Below, one piece after another: positions 25,241-36,847 of a stretch of DNA of 64,000 bases. Each line of letters begins with the position of its first letter. Position 1 is the stretch's first letter. Origin of the DNA: Nemertoderma westbladi (taxonomy: Eukaryota > Animalia > Xenacoelomorpha); assembly GCA_032718475.1 (NCBI GenBank), contig JAUCBJ010001793.1, positions 20,227 to 84,226 of the forward strand, given 5' to 3'. The notes under the pieces are model-generated. The model worked only from the letters and a program-made list of their open reading frames with translations. It ran no database searches and had not been told where the DNA came from. A program made the position numbers and the translations under genes.

Positions 25241-27548
25241 TTGTAACCTCCTCACTTGGAACCTCCATCCCTTGTAACCCCCTCATTTGTAACCACCTTA
25301 CTTGTAACCCTTTACCCCTTACTTATAACCCCCTCACTTGTGACCTCCCTCATTTGTAACCTCCTCACTCGTAACCTCCTCACTTGTAGCCTCCTCACTT
25401 GTAGCCTCCTCACTTGTAAGCTTATCACTTGTAACCTCCTCACTTGTAACCGCCTCACTTGTAACCTCCCTCGCTTGTAACCTCCTCACTTTTAATCACC
25501 TCACTTGTAACCTCCTCACTTTTAATCACCTCACTTGTAACCTCCCTCACTTTGTAACCTCCTCACTTTTTATCACCTCACTTGCAAACTTCACACTTGT
25601 AGCCTCCTCACTTGTAAGCTTCTCACTTGTAACCTCCTCACTTGTAACCGCCTCACTTGTAACCGCCTCACTTGTAACCTCCCTCGCTTGTAACCTCCCT
25701 CGCTTGTAACCTCCTCACTTTTAATCACCTCACTTGTAACCTCCCTCGCTTGTAACCTCCCTCGCTTGTAACCTCCCTCACTTTGTAACCTCCTCACTTT
25801 TTATCACCTCACTTGCAAACTTCACACTTGTAGCCTCCTCACTTGTAAGCTTCTCACTTGTAACCTCCTCACTTGTAACCGCCTCACTTGTAACCGCCTC
25901 ACTTGTAACCTCCCTCGCTTGTAACCTCCCTCACTTGTAACCTCCCTCACTTTGTAACCTCCTCACTTTTTATCACCTCACTTGCAAACTTCACACTTGT
26001 AGCCTCCTCACTTGTAAGCTTCTCACTTGTAACCTCCTCACTTGTAACCACCTCACTTGTAACCTCTTCACTTGTAACCTCCTCACTTGTAACCGCCTCA
26101 CTTGTTACCTCACTCACTTGTAACCACCTCACTTGTAACCTCCCTCACTTGTAACCTCCTCACTTTTAATCACCTCACTTGCAACCTCCACACTTGTAAC
26201 CTCCTCACTTGTAACCTCCTCACTTGTAACCGCCTCACTTGTAACCTCCCTCACTTGTAACCTCCTTACTTTCAATCACCTCACTTGTAACCTCCTCACT
26301 TTTAATCACCTCACTTGCAACCTCCACACTTGTAACCTCCTCACTTATAACCGCCTCACTTGTAACCTCCCTCACTTGTAACCTCCTCACTTTCAATCAC
26401 CTCACTTGTAACCTCCCTCACTTGTAACCTCCTCACTTTAAATCACCTCACTTACAACCTCCACACTTGTAACCTCCTCACTTTTAACCGCCTCACTTGT
26501 AACCTCCTCACTTATAACCCCCTCACTTGTTACCCTCCTGACTTGTAACCTCCTCACTTTTAATCACCTCACTTGTAACCTCCTCACTTGTAACCTCCTC
26601 ACTTTTAATCACCTCACTTGCAACCTCCACACTTGTAACCTCCTCACTTGTAACCTCCTCACTTGTAACCGCCTCACTTGTAACCTCCCTCACTTGTAAC
26701 CTCCTCACTTTCAATCACCTCACTTGTAACCTCCCTCACTTGTAACCTCCTCACTTTTAATCACCTCACTTGCAACCTTCACACTTGTAACCTCCTCACT
26801 TGTAACCGCCTCACTTGTAACCTGCCTCAATTGTAACCTCCTCACTTTCAATCACCTCACTTGTAACCTCCCTCACTTGTAACCTCCTCACTTTTAATCA
26901 CCTCACTTGCAACCTCCACACTTGTAACCTCCTCACTTGTAACCTCCTCACTTGTAACCGCCTCACTTGTAACCTGCCTCAATTGTAACCTCCTCACTTT
27001 CAATCACCTCACTTGTAACCTCCCTCACTTGTAACCTCCTCACTTTTAATCACCTCACTTACAACCTCCACACTTGTAACCTCCTCACTTGTAACCTCTC
27101 ACTTGTAACCTCCTCATTTGTAACCACATCACTTATAACCCCCTCACTTGTAACCTCCTCACTTGTAACCCTCTCACTTATAACCACTTCACTCGCTACC
27201 TCCTCACTTGGAACCTCCTCACTTGTAACCACATCACTTGTAATCCCCTCACTTATAACCTCCTCACTTGTACCTCCATCACTTGTAACCTCCCTCTCTT
27301 GTATCCTGCTCACTTGTAACTCACTCACTTGTAACCTCCTCACTTGTAACCTTCTCACTCGTAACCTCCTCACTTGTAACCCCCACACTTGTAACTCCCT
27401 CACTTGTAACCTCCTCACTTGTAACTCCATCACTTGTAACCCCCACACTTGTAACTCCCTCACTTGTAACCTCCTCACTTGTAACTCCATCACTTGTAAC
27501 CTGCTCACTTGTAACCACCTCACTTGTAATCCCCCTCACCTCACTTGT
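25241..27548. repeat. ~15-bp minisatellite (CTTGTAACCTCCTCA)n with higher-order variants
   Basis: Directly visible; larger blocks recur (gcaaacttcacacttgtagcc at ~25584, ~25816, ~25985). Confidence 0.97.
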
Positions 27549-27892
27549 TTGATTGTAAATACTGGTGCATCCGTGGGTAATTAATTGTTAGAGCATACAT
27601 GAACGGTTATTTGGCAGACAAGAGTTCGATCCCCGAAGGTGGCAAATTATTGTTCTTGCTTCACTTGCTATGTAGTTAGTTGTTCATCCAAAGTCCTGTT
27701 TAAATTAACAAATTTTATAACATTCTGTAATAATTACTATTACATAAAATTAGTTTAGTATTATAATTACAATTGTATATGAAACCGGAATATTTCACTG
27801 TTTTAATTAGATACGTTTCTGCCTGCCTACCAATATTATTAACCTTTTATTTCACGAGTAATTAAATATTTATAGCAGAGTTTACAACATAA

Positions 27893-28241
27893 ATGAACAA
27901 TATGGGGAAATTATTAAATTGCAATCAATGTTGGCTAATAATTGGCGTTCTAGTGGTTACAATGCAAGGGGTAGCAATCGGAAACATTCTAATGCCACAG
28001 AATCGGCACGTAAAAACATTCCTCCCACAATTATCACCTGTAACAAACGAGAAGAACTACTGCCCTCGAAATTTGACACTGGCGTGTGGGAAATGTGATT
28101 TTGTCACTGGGCTGTGTAAGTTGCGTGAACATGGAATCCCAATTCGTAATATAAAGTGTCCATCTGGCGAAGATCAATGCAAAGTTATCTGTCAATTGCA
28201 AGAATGTTGTCCCGGTTTGTGGAGTCCGTTGTGTAACAGAG
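27893..28241 (+). CDS. Stabilin-like receptor, coding exon 1 (signal peptide and Cys-rich N-terminus)
   Basis: Hydrophobic leader WLIIGVLVVTMQGVAIG, then Cys-rich ...CKVICQLQECCPGLWSPLCNR; donor G|GTGAGT at 28242, phase 1; an AG acceptor lies just upstream of the ATG. Confidence 0.82.
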
Positions 28242-28776
28242 GTGAGTCAGCTAAATCATAAGATTTCGTTCTTAATACAGTGCAGTGTAGTCGTAGTAAC
28301 AATAACTAGAATCATTAATAACAGTATGAATAATAATTTGTTTTCAATCATGTCTAGTTCCCAATCTATGGTACTTACTTACTACCAAGGCCTTGGTACT
28401 ACATTTTATCTTTATGCAGTAGCGATGTGATGAAAAGGTTACGGTAAAGATAACATATATCTTAACATGATTTCATGGAATGCAAGGGGACTGAAAGATA
28501 CCATTGATAATGATTAAGTTTTTAAGTACTGTATGTATTTCTTTTCTATTTAATTTGGTTGTACGAGGTGAAATCAGACTATTGGTATTTTATTCCAAAG
28601 TTTTCATATATGATAAATTTAATATGGCTTGAATAACAATAATATAATATGACATGTATTAATTGTCTAGTCTATCTTTTGGACTGATTCAATGTTGCTT
28701 TTAATTCAGGCCAAAGTCCATATGAAATACAATTATAATACCCAATTTACGATAAGTATAGTATATCATCATAGTA

Positions 28777-30092
28777 CACCATCTCCCTTAATACAACAAC
28801 CATTATTAACAGGCCGGAGTCCCCCCCCCCCCCCCCTTCATTTTTTCAAATTTTAATAAAATGCTACGAAATTTGGTATAATGATAGAACGACACCTTTT
28901 CTTACTGCTGGCAGAGCCGGGTTTTTCAATTTCTCAGTTATTTCCATACAACAAGCCCTTAAAAATGTCTAAATAAAAAATGTTTAACCATATCTCCGTG
29001 GACTTTATTTTACGTCTTTGAAATGTAATCTAGATATCATTAGAATGGCCTTCGTCTGTAGATTCCGAATCTGAAAACCATTTTAAATTTCACCAATATT
29101 TTCCTGAGATATTATCAACATTCAAAGGCATATAAAAGTTGCAATAATACGGTTGCAGCCTTAAAAGGTTCTAAAAACAAAACATACTACCAAATTAACG
29201 TAAAATAAATATGGGTAAAAGTGAGGGAGGGGGGAGGTGGGTGGTGGCGGGAATTAAAAGCACATCTTCAGTTCCCGGGAGCACTTGACTTCAGTTGAAT
29301 GACTCTTTAATACAGGCTGCGTTGCCTGCCTGTACGGTAATTCCAATTCTTTGGCGTATGAATTGAAATGACTTGGCGTTCCCACTAACGTTCTGGATTC
29401 GGTGGCCAAGCTGCCGGAGAAATTCTAGGGACGAAGGGCCAATGCCACCAAGTGTCTCAATTGCCACTGGTTGAACGAGATACTCAAGTGAGACGCTACT
29501 GTTCGAGACGGTTTTGCGTTCTTCAGCCAACTCAGCAACACGTGGACCATCTTGGTCAAATCTACATTATTCTAAGGTTTTTTGACTCTATTCTAGTATA
29601 GTTATTATTATTAGAGTTTGAGTTTTAGACGATTGAGTTGTAGATGATTGAGTTTTTAACGCTTAGCTAAATATAATTAATATCCTAGAATAGAGTAAAA
29701 AAAACATTAGTTAGAATTATGTAGATTTGCGTATAAAATGTATGCCTTTGAATGTTGACAATATCTCAAGAAAATATTGGTGAAATTTGAACGGTTTTCA
29801 GATTCGGAATCTACAGACGAAGGCGGTTCTAATGATATCTAGATTACATTTCAAAGACGTAAAATAAAGTCTACGGAGGTGGTTAAACATTGCTAAGTAG
29901 GCATTTTTTAAGGGCTTGTATGGAAATAACTGAGAAATTGAAAAATCCGGCCAGGCCACCAGTAAGAAAAGGTGTCGATCTATCATCATACCGAATTTCG
30001 TAGCATTTTATTGAAATTCGACAAAAGATGGGGGGGGGGGGGGGGGTAGCTTCGACCCCCTAAAAATGGTTGTTGTGTTAAGGGAGATGGTG
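28777..30092. mobile_element. Tc1/mariner-type MITE (TA duplication, CACCAT termini, long imperfect inverted repeats)
   Basis: TA|CACCATCTCCCTTAATACAACAACCATT ... AATGGTTGTTGTGTTAAGGGAGATGGTG|TA; the arms mirror each other for about 350 bp. Confidence 0.85.
29255..29560 (-). mobile_element. 3' fragment of a CRE/NeSL-type LINE (restriction-like endonuclease end) inside the MITE
   Basis: ORF 29530-29291 YLVQPVAIETLGGIG...LRQLG...FIRQRIGITVQAGNAACI, the typical C-terminus of REL-endonuclease LINEs. Confidence 0.7.
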
Positions 30093-30261
30093 TATATGTA
30101 AGTAAAGTAATCCAACTACAACAAAATATTTTATTGCATGGTAAATAATGTGGAACATTATTTTCTCTACATTCGAGATATTTGATGTACCGATGGTAGC
30201 GACTCGTAGAGTAGTGTAGTCGAGGTTAATAAAGAATCGAGAGCTCAGTGAAAATATGTTA

Positions 30262-31217
30262 CTAGTGTAATGTAGTAGCGCAGTGAAGTGTAGTCTATTG
30301 AACTCGTAGAGTAGTGTACTCGTAGTGTAGTGTAGTCGTAGTGTAGTGTAGTCGTAGTGTAGAGTAGTCGTAGTGTAGTGTAGTCGTAGTGTAGTGTAGT
30401 CGTAGTGTATTGAACTTGTAGAGTAGTGTCGTGTAGTCGTAGTGTAGTGTAGTCGTAGTGTAGTGTAGTCGTAGTGTAGTGTAGTCGTAGTGTATTGAAC
30501 TCGTAGAGTAGTGTAGTCGTAGTGTAGTGTAGTCGCAGTGTAGTGTAGTCGTAGTGTAGTGTAGTCGTAGTGTACTCGTAGTGTCGTGTAGTCGTAGTGT
30601 AGTGTAGTCGTAGTGTAGAGTAGTCGTAGTGTAGTGTAGTCGTAGTGTAGTGAAGTGTAGTCGTAGTGTAGTGTAGTCGCAGTGTAGTGTAGTCGTAGTG
30701 TAGTGTACTCGTAGTGTCGTGTAGTCGTAGTGTAGTGTAGTCGTAGTGTAGTGTAGTCGTAGAGTAGTGTAGTCGTAGTGTAGAGTAGTCGTAGCGTAGT
30801 GTAGTCATAGTGTAGTATAGTCGTAGTGTAGTGTAGTCTTAGTGTAGTGTAGTCGTAGTGCATTGAACTCGTAGAGTAGTATAGTCGTAGTGTAGTGAAG
30901 TGTAGTCGTAGTGTATTGAACTTGTAGAGTGGTCTAGTGTAGTCGTAGTGTACTCGAAGTGTAGTGTAGTGTAGTGTAGTCGTAGTGTACTCGAGGTGTA
31001 GTGTAGTGTAGTGTAGTGTAGTCGTAGTGTACTCGAAGTGTAGTGTAGTGTAGGTGTAGTGTAGTCGTAGTGTAGTGTAGTGTAGTCGTAGTGTACTCGA
31101 AGTGTAGTGTAGTCGTAGTGTAGAGTTGTCATAGTGTAGTGTAGTCGTAGTGTAGTGTAGTCGTAGTGTAGTTGTAGTGTATTGAACTCGTAGAGAAGTG
31201 TAGTGTAGTCGTAGTGC
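30262..31217. repeat. Complex (GTAGT/GTAGTC)n microsatellite array
   Basis: Directly visible; punctuated by a gtattgaactcgtaga motif. Confidence 0.95.
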
Positions 31218-31386
31218 ACATACGGGCACGGGCTCTATAATTAGGATTCAAAAATGTAATTAAGCAGGCATATAAATGTTTCTTGCATTTAATTATGTAA
31301 TAACTTTGTATTATATTTCAACGCTTGTTGATTTTATGTTAGTCCCTCTGGTTAGTAATAAGTTCCAGTTCTCAAGTTTTTTCTGC

Positions 31387-31554
31387 TCAGTCAACCATTA
31401 ATGATCGGAATTCGTTCCAAGAAACTCGACCGTTGGACCCAACTTCGTCAATCATTTCTTGTATATCTTCTTGTGAACAATTATCACCTAGTTTCCTTAA
31501 TAAGTTCGCCAGCTCATCGTAGGTAATGAAGTTATCACGATCTGTATCAAAAGC
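31387..31554 (-). CDS. Calmodulin-like EF-hand protein, exon 3 (includes stop)
   Basis: ttttacag|AFDTDRDNFITYDELANLLRKLGDNCSQEDIQEMIDEVGSNGRVSWNEFRSLMVD* (TGA at 31389-31387); EF3 canonical, EF4 degenerate. Confidence 0.9.
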   Translation of the reverse strand, partial: AFDTDRDNFITYDELANLLRKLGDNCSQEDIQEMIDEVGSNGRVSWNEFRSLMVD

Positions 31555-31601
31555 CTGTAAAAATAGATTATGTTAGACAGTGTTATTTTTTAACATATTT
31601 A

Positions 31602-32525
31602 CACCATGTCCTGGAATATAGTGTCGTTATTCAGGTACCTGCCCCCCCCCCCCCCCCCCCCCCCCCCAAATTTTTTTACAAATCTTAATGAGATCCCGTC
31701 AGATAGCATGAAATTTGAAACACAGATAGTTTCACCTCCCTCCTCACTGACTGGGTGAGCCAGAATTTTTATTTTCGCTTTCATTCTTTAGCTACAAGCG
31801 TTTAAAAATAGTGTCTCCGGCGAAATTACACCAGTTACACCGCAGTATTTCTTCAACCTTATTATGATTTGTTAGTACTAATTTAAAGCTTGTCGTGCAA
31901 GGATTCCAAAAATGTAAAAACATTTGAATTTGGTAGAGAAATAGCCGAGATATGGGAATTCGAAAGTTGCATGTATTTGCTTCCCCTGCACGCCATTTAT
32001 TCTATTTAATAAATACATCATATTCTGGAACATTTTGTTTATCCCGTATGTAGCTGGGCAACAATGCAATGCTTTCTTTAAACATACGGTTATGTAGCTA
32101 GCTATTCATACATAAACAAAATGTTTTTATTTAATGGAATAAAACAGTTTTGCGCAAGTGCAAAACCATGAAACTTTTGAACGCTTATATCTCAGCTATT
32201 TCCCAAACAAATTCAAATATTTTTACATTTTTGGAATCCGTGCATGGTTAGCTTTCTATTTCTATCAACCAATCGCGATAAGGTTCATGAATAACTGCAG
32301 TGTGATTGGTGAAATATCACTGGAGACACCTTTTTCAAACGCTTGTAGCTAAAGATTGAAAGCAAAAATTTAAATTCTGGCTCACCCAGTAAGGAGGAGG
32401 GAGGTGAAACTATATCTGTTTCAAATTTCATGCTATCACAATAAGATTTGTAGAAAAATTTGGGGGGGGGGGGGTGGGGGGTGTCCAGGTACCAGAATAA
32501 CGACACTATATTCCAGGACATGGTG
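31602..32525. mobile_element. Foldback MITE (TA duplication, CACCATGTCC termini) in intron 2 of the calmodulin-like gene
   Basis: TA|CACCATGTCCTGGAATATAGTGTCGTTATTC ... GAATAACGACACTATATTCCAGGACATGGTG|TA; ~400-bp mirrored arms; sister copy at 52715-53731. Confidence 0.9.
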
Positions 32526-32696
32526 TATTTAAAGATGATAAACATATCTAGATATGTATTTTTTCGCACTTCTTTACACTGTTGTGAAAAAAGTTACTTT
32601 CTTTAAATAAACCTGATGTGGTGGCAAAATAAGGCAAAATAAAATTGCTCTACTTTCACTTTTTGACCTTAAATAAATATTTTAATAATTACCAAC

Positions 32697-32870
32697 TCTA
32701 AATGCCTCCCTGAGCTGCTCCTCAAAACTCATATTGCCCATATCCTCCTGTTTGCGTAACATTAGACCACAAAATTCTGTGAAACTTATCTGGCCATCAT
32801 TGTTTTTGTCGTTCTTCATCAGGTCTTTGATATCACTTTGACTGTCGTGATGTCCCATCGACTGAAATAG
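32697..32870 (-). CDS. Calmodulin-like EF-hand protein, exon 2
   Basis: ttcgtag|LFQSMGHHDSQSDIKDLMKNDKNNDGQISFTEFCGLMLRKQEDMGNMSFEEQLREAFR|gttggt; 174 bp, phase 0/0. Confidence 0.9.
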
Positions 32871-33621
32871 CTACGAAAAAAAAATAATTGTTTATTACTC
32901 GGAAAAAAATCTAGAACTTTTTCTTGTCGGCGAGGTAAATAAAATGACGAGGGAGTAGTTAAAAATATAAAAACTTCTACATTTTTTCTCATGCTATGTT
33001 CTGGAGTATTTCTGACGTAAGTAGAGAGTGGCTCACCTACGGAAAACCAATATTTGATACTGAGTGTTTATTGTGATATTGTGCTTTGCGGACACTAAAG
33101 TGCAAGTCGTTTCTACTTTGATGCTTCTGTATTTCAACCAGAAATTCAAATTCTATTATCTTAAAAAAATCTTATTTTCATTATTTGGCTTTATTCGCCG
33201 GGGAAAAAGCACACTCAATGAAATCCTATGGGTTACTATTTTCCCTAGAGAAGAAATTATACTTTTTCTCCCGATTGTAAGTTATATTCGGGCGAAAAAC
33301 TAACAATTTAAGAATAATAATTATTTATTACATGGAAAAAATTATAGAACATTTTATTTACTGAGCGCCAGCGAGGTTAATAAAGGGTCGAGAGAATATT
33401 TAAATATATGTTCTACGTATTTCTATGTACTTCAATTCGAAATAGTACAAGAAAATGTTTAAAAAGTTGACATAATGTAACAAAATTACATACATCATTG
33501 CTTTCAAAGGTCACTTTTATTTATGTAAATTAATCTTGCGTTTTCAGCCTAATGTGAAACACGCGCCTTCCACATATATGTTTAGAGTAATGTGGGGCGA
33601 GCCACGCAGTCAGGACGAGCC

Positions 33622-33908
33622 TTAGCGCACAATTATAACTAGTAAATAGGGCAAAATTTCATGTCCGTCTGTCTGTCCGTCTGTATGTCTGTCCGTCTGT
33701 AATAATAAATTCATTCGTAAATAACTTTTGAAGAATTTAACCATTTTCAACCAAATTTTGTACGGGCATACTAGAGAAAAAGTTCCAATATTGATAAAAG
33801 TTACGGGCATTAATTACTCTCTCGAACTTTTGACTCCAGATCAAATCGAACTTGTTTCGAACTTGCTCGAGTTCGCGTGCTGCGTGACGCCCCTCGAACG
33901 TGTATTGG
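33622..33908. mobile_element. DINE-1/Helentron-like non-autonomous element
   Basis: (GTCY)n microsatellite followed by ttttcaaccaaattttg; its end cgtgctgcg...cgaacgtgt is shared with ~3840-3866 and ~21690-21720. Confidence 0.45.
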
Positions 33909-33913
33909 CTTAC

Positions 33914-34054
33914 CTTAGTTAATTCCCTTACTCCAATAGACCCACTGTGATCTGTGTCGTACTGGCAGAAGCACTCATAATAGTCGTCTACCTGATCGTT
34001 GGTTAGTTTTCCTTTGTACATTGCTTCAGCTTTCCGTTTCTGCGATTGGGCCAT
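33914..34054 (-). CDS. Calmodulin-like EF-hand protein, exon 1 (160 aa in total)
   Basis: MAQSQKRKAEAMYKGKLTNDQVDDYYECFCQYDTDHSGSIGVRELTK|gtaagc; EF1 loop DTDHSGSIGVRE; 141 bp. Confidence 0.9.
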
Positions 34055-35933
34055 TGTGCTTTCATATATTAATTAATCATGAGAGGTAGAAACTATGTAT
34101 TAATTAGCTTTACTTATATTTTGAGCTATTATTATTGGTAATTGGTTATTATCATTCTATATGTATAACTTATTGTCTTGTCTTGCTGCTATTCAATAAT
34201 TGAATGGTTTTTTTAAGAGTTTTTTTTTACTCAAATAATAATGCTTTTGTTATTATTCTTAGCAAATTATTTCACTAAAATCTCTAGGCTAGGCCTGTGT
34301 ATTATTTATTTAACTTATATATATTTGTGTTGAATTTAGTGTAAAGCTGCATTTACACTACAGAGCTAAAAAATAATAGAAATTTAAACAATGAATAGAC
34401 TTTTTAGAATAGACAAGGTTTATGTAATGTTTCCAAAATATTTACAAACCAGAATAATGTATGAGGTATTATTGATTCTCTTACTAAATAGTCAATGTGA
34501 AATAAAGGCCAGGCGAGAAACTTGCGGTAAAGTTTAAATAAAGAAAACCCTAAGATCAAAGTATATAATGATACTGTTTGCCAATATAGCACATTATTGA
34601 GAATCAAACATAAATAATTAAATCTAGTGACATTAATACCCCATTTTTGATTATCTGGGTAATATAACTACAGTAGGCCTAGGACTATTTAGTACCTTGC
34701 TTATAAACATTACTGCTCTATAAACACCTCGTACAATAACTTTTGTGAGTCAATTATTATAAATTGAATGGAATAATTCCTTTGTCTGAATCTAAATGCC
34801 GTATAGGTAATTGTTTATCATACTTTGCCAAGTGAGCCAAAACCTCTACCGGTTGATATTCTTATGGGATTATATTGGAATTGGAATTACTATATTTATC
34901 AATCATAGTTGTAATGCGTACCTGAATCAGCAAATTGTTTCAGTATGTTTTAAACATCAACTTTAAGTGCACCATGACTCATATCGTGCCCATTTTTCTG
35001 GTGACACCATAGAAAACCGGACTCCAATAAACACAATCCTGGATATATTTCTACAATTCTTTATAATAATAGTTGATATTTGAATCACAACAAGTTGGAG
35101 TTCAATACACCTTGGATGCCCAGCCGGAACCAGTTTTTTTAAGCGTTTAAAAAAGGTTCTTTTGGTGAATTGCGCCCTTTGTATCGTGGCTGTTCTTCAC
35201 ATCAGCCGCGATTTTTGCAAGGATTCCATGTAACAATAACAATGTATAAGTTTCGTTGAGAAACAGCTGAGATATGGGCGACGTTCTAAAGATACATGTT
35301 TCTGAATCCGCGCGAGGCTTTTTACTTATAAAACATTCTGGAACACTATAAATATTATTAAGTAGTTATTATTATTATTATTATGGTTACCTCAAAAGTT
35401 CTGCCTCACCAGTTCATGCTGGTAACCAACATCCGATTGTACCTGGTCAAGAAATAAACAAAACATGAAATTTTGTTGAAAAAAATTTCAAAATGTCAGT
35501 AAGTGAAGGGTTTCTGTTAGTGCCCCTGGTGACGAAAATATTAATAAAGTGATTTCTGAGTTTGTAATGGAAATAGAGGCCTACCCTATGTTAAAGTGAA
35601 ACTATAATTACCATAGTTTTATAAGAATCTATAAACTATATGTTCTGGAATGTTTGGCAATTACAATAACTCAAAAAACATGCAACTTTCATCTCCGATA
35701 TTTCTTAACGAAAATAAGATATTTTAATAAATTTAGAATCCTTTTAAGGATACAAAGGACGCCATTTAAAAAAGACTAATTTTTATAACAAATTTGTAGT
35801 AAACATGAGGGGGGGGGGGGGGGGGGGTCCCGTGCGATCAGATACTTTCATTATATTTTGGGTCATTGGGTAGTTATGTGTGTGCGATTTATCCGCTGAT
35901 ATAACTTAACAAAATAATTATTTATTCTGATAG

Positions 35934-36037
35934 AATGCCCAGGGACTAACGCTGATACGGCCACGACAGGTACCGTCTGCAACGGACATGGAAAATGTTA
36001 CGACGGAAATAAAGGAAACGGATCCTGCGAATGCTAC
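35934..36037 (+). CDS. Stabilin-like receptor, coding exon 2 (EGF-like)
   Basis: tag|(E)CPGTNADTATTGTVCNGHGKCYDGNKGNGSCECY|gtaaat; phase 1/0, compatible with exons 1 and 3; matches the stabilin CPG...CNG.G.C..G..GNG.C.C pattern. Confidence 0.88.
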
Positions 36038-36343
36038 GTAAATATTTACTTTATATTCACTTTATATACCTATCCGCAGCAATTTAAGCGGACGCTTGTT
36101 CTAGTAGTTGCGGTGTCACCGCGGGAGACAGTGGGGTGTTACTTGGCGCAAATCCCTTCTCCGCGAATATTGCCTCAATGTTAAATTAGAAATTTAGAGA
36201 AAGGTTGCAGTTGCTAGTTATTCTAACCAAAATGATAAACTAAAGTCAATATAACATGATTTACTCTAGGAGAGGGATGAATTTTGATTGCGTCGAAAGA
36301 TCCCAAGATGGCAGCTGTCTTTGAAATTAATACTCCATATCTC

Positions 36344-36408
36344 AAGAACCTGTGGCCTAGTGGTTGTAGTCTCGGCTTCCGCCTCGAGGTCCCAGGTTCG
36401 AATCCGAC
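36344..36408 (+). promoter_or_regulatory. tRNA-derived head with Pol III A and B boxes, directly upstream of a hammerhead
   Basis: A box TGGCCTAGTGG 36353-36363; anticodon-like arm CTCGG-CTTCCGC-C(T)CGAG; B box GGTTCGAATCC 36395-36405; no intact acceptor stem. Confidence 0.7.
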
Positions 36409-36451
36409 ACCACGCTGATGAGACCCAGTAAGGTCGAAACGCGTACGTGGT
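36409..36451 (+). ncRNA. Minimal type-I hammerhead ribozyme
   Basis: Stem I ACCACG/CGUGGU; core CUGAUGA; stem II GACC-CAGUAA-GGUC; GAAA; palindromic stem III ACGCGU; cleavage triplet GUA (cut after 36445). Confidence 0.88.
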
Positions 36452-36678
36452 TTGGAGAGATATGAGATATTAATTTCAAGAAAAATTACGCGATTCCTAA
36501 ATTTGTACACTACCCGGTTAAAAAGTACGCATGTGATGGGATTAGTCCTACAATTGCGCCAATAAAAGATAAGTTATTTTCGGTAAAATAAACTTATCAT
36601 TCGAGGTTAAGACCCCTAGATCCGTTCTTATATAATAAAATGGAATTAGTTGCCTTTTCAGGCACAGTGCTTTAAATG

Positions 36679-36847
36679 AGAAAGAGTGTGGAAGAGTTTA
36701 AGTGGGAAAGAGAGTTGAAGGGTTCACTGTAGGAAAGAGTGTGGAAGAGTTTAAGTGGGAAAGAGTGTGGAAGAGTTTAAGTGGGAAAGAGTGTGGAAGA
36801 GTTTAAGTGGGAAAGAGTGTGGAAGAGTTTAAGTGGGAAAGAGTGTG
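36679..36847. repeat. Short array of the 26/27-bp GGGAAAGAGTGTGGAAG satellite
   Basis: Same unit as 42081-45655, about 6 copies. Confidence 0.9.

Noticed and set aside
36344-36410. Functional tRNA genes here, at 24025, 39994 and 50793
   Set aside because: A/B boxes are present but acceptor and T stems do not form a cloverleaf; treated as tRNA-derived heads.
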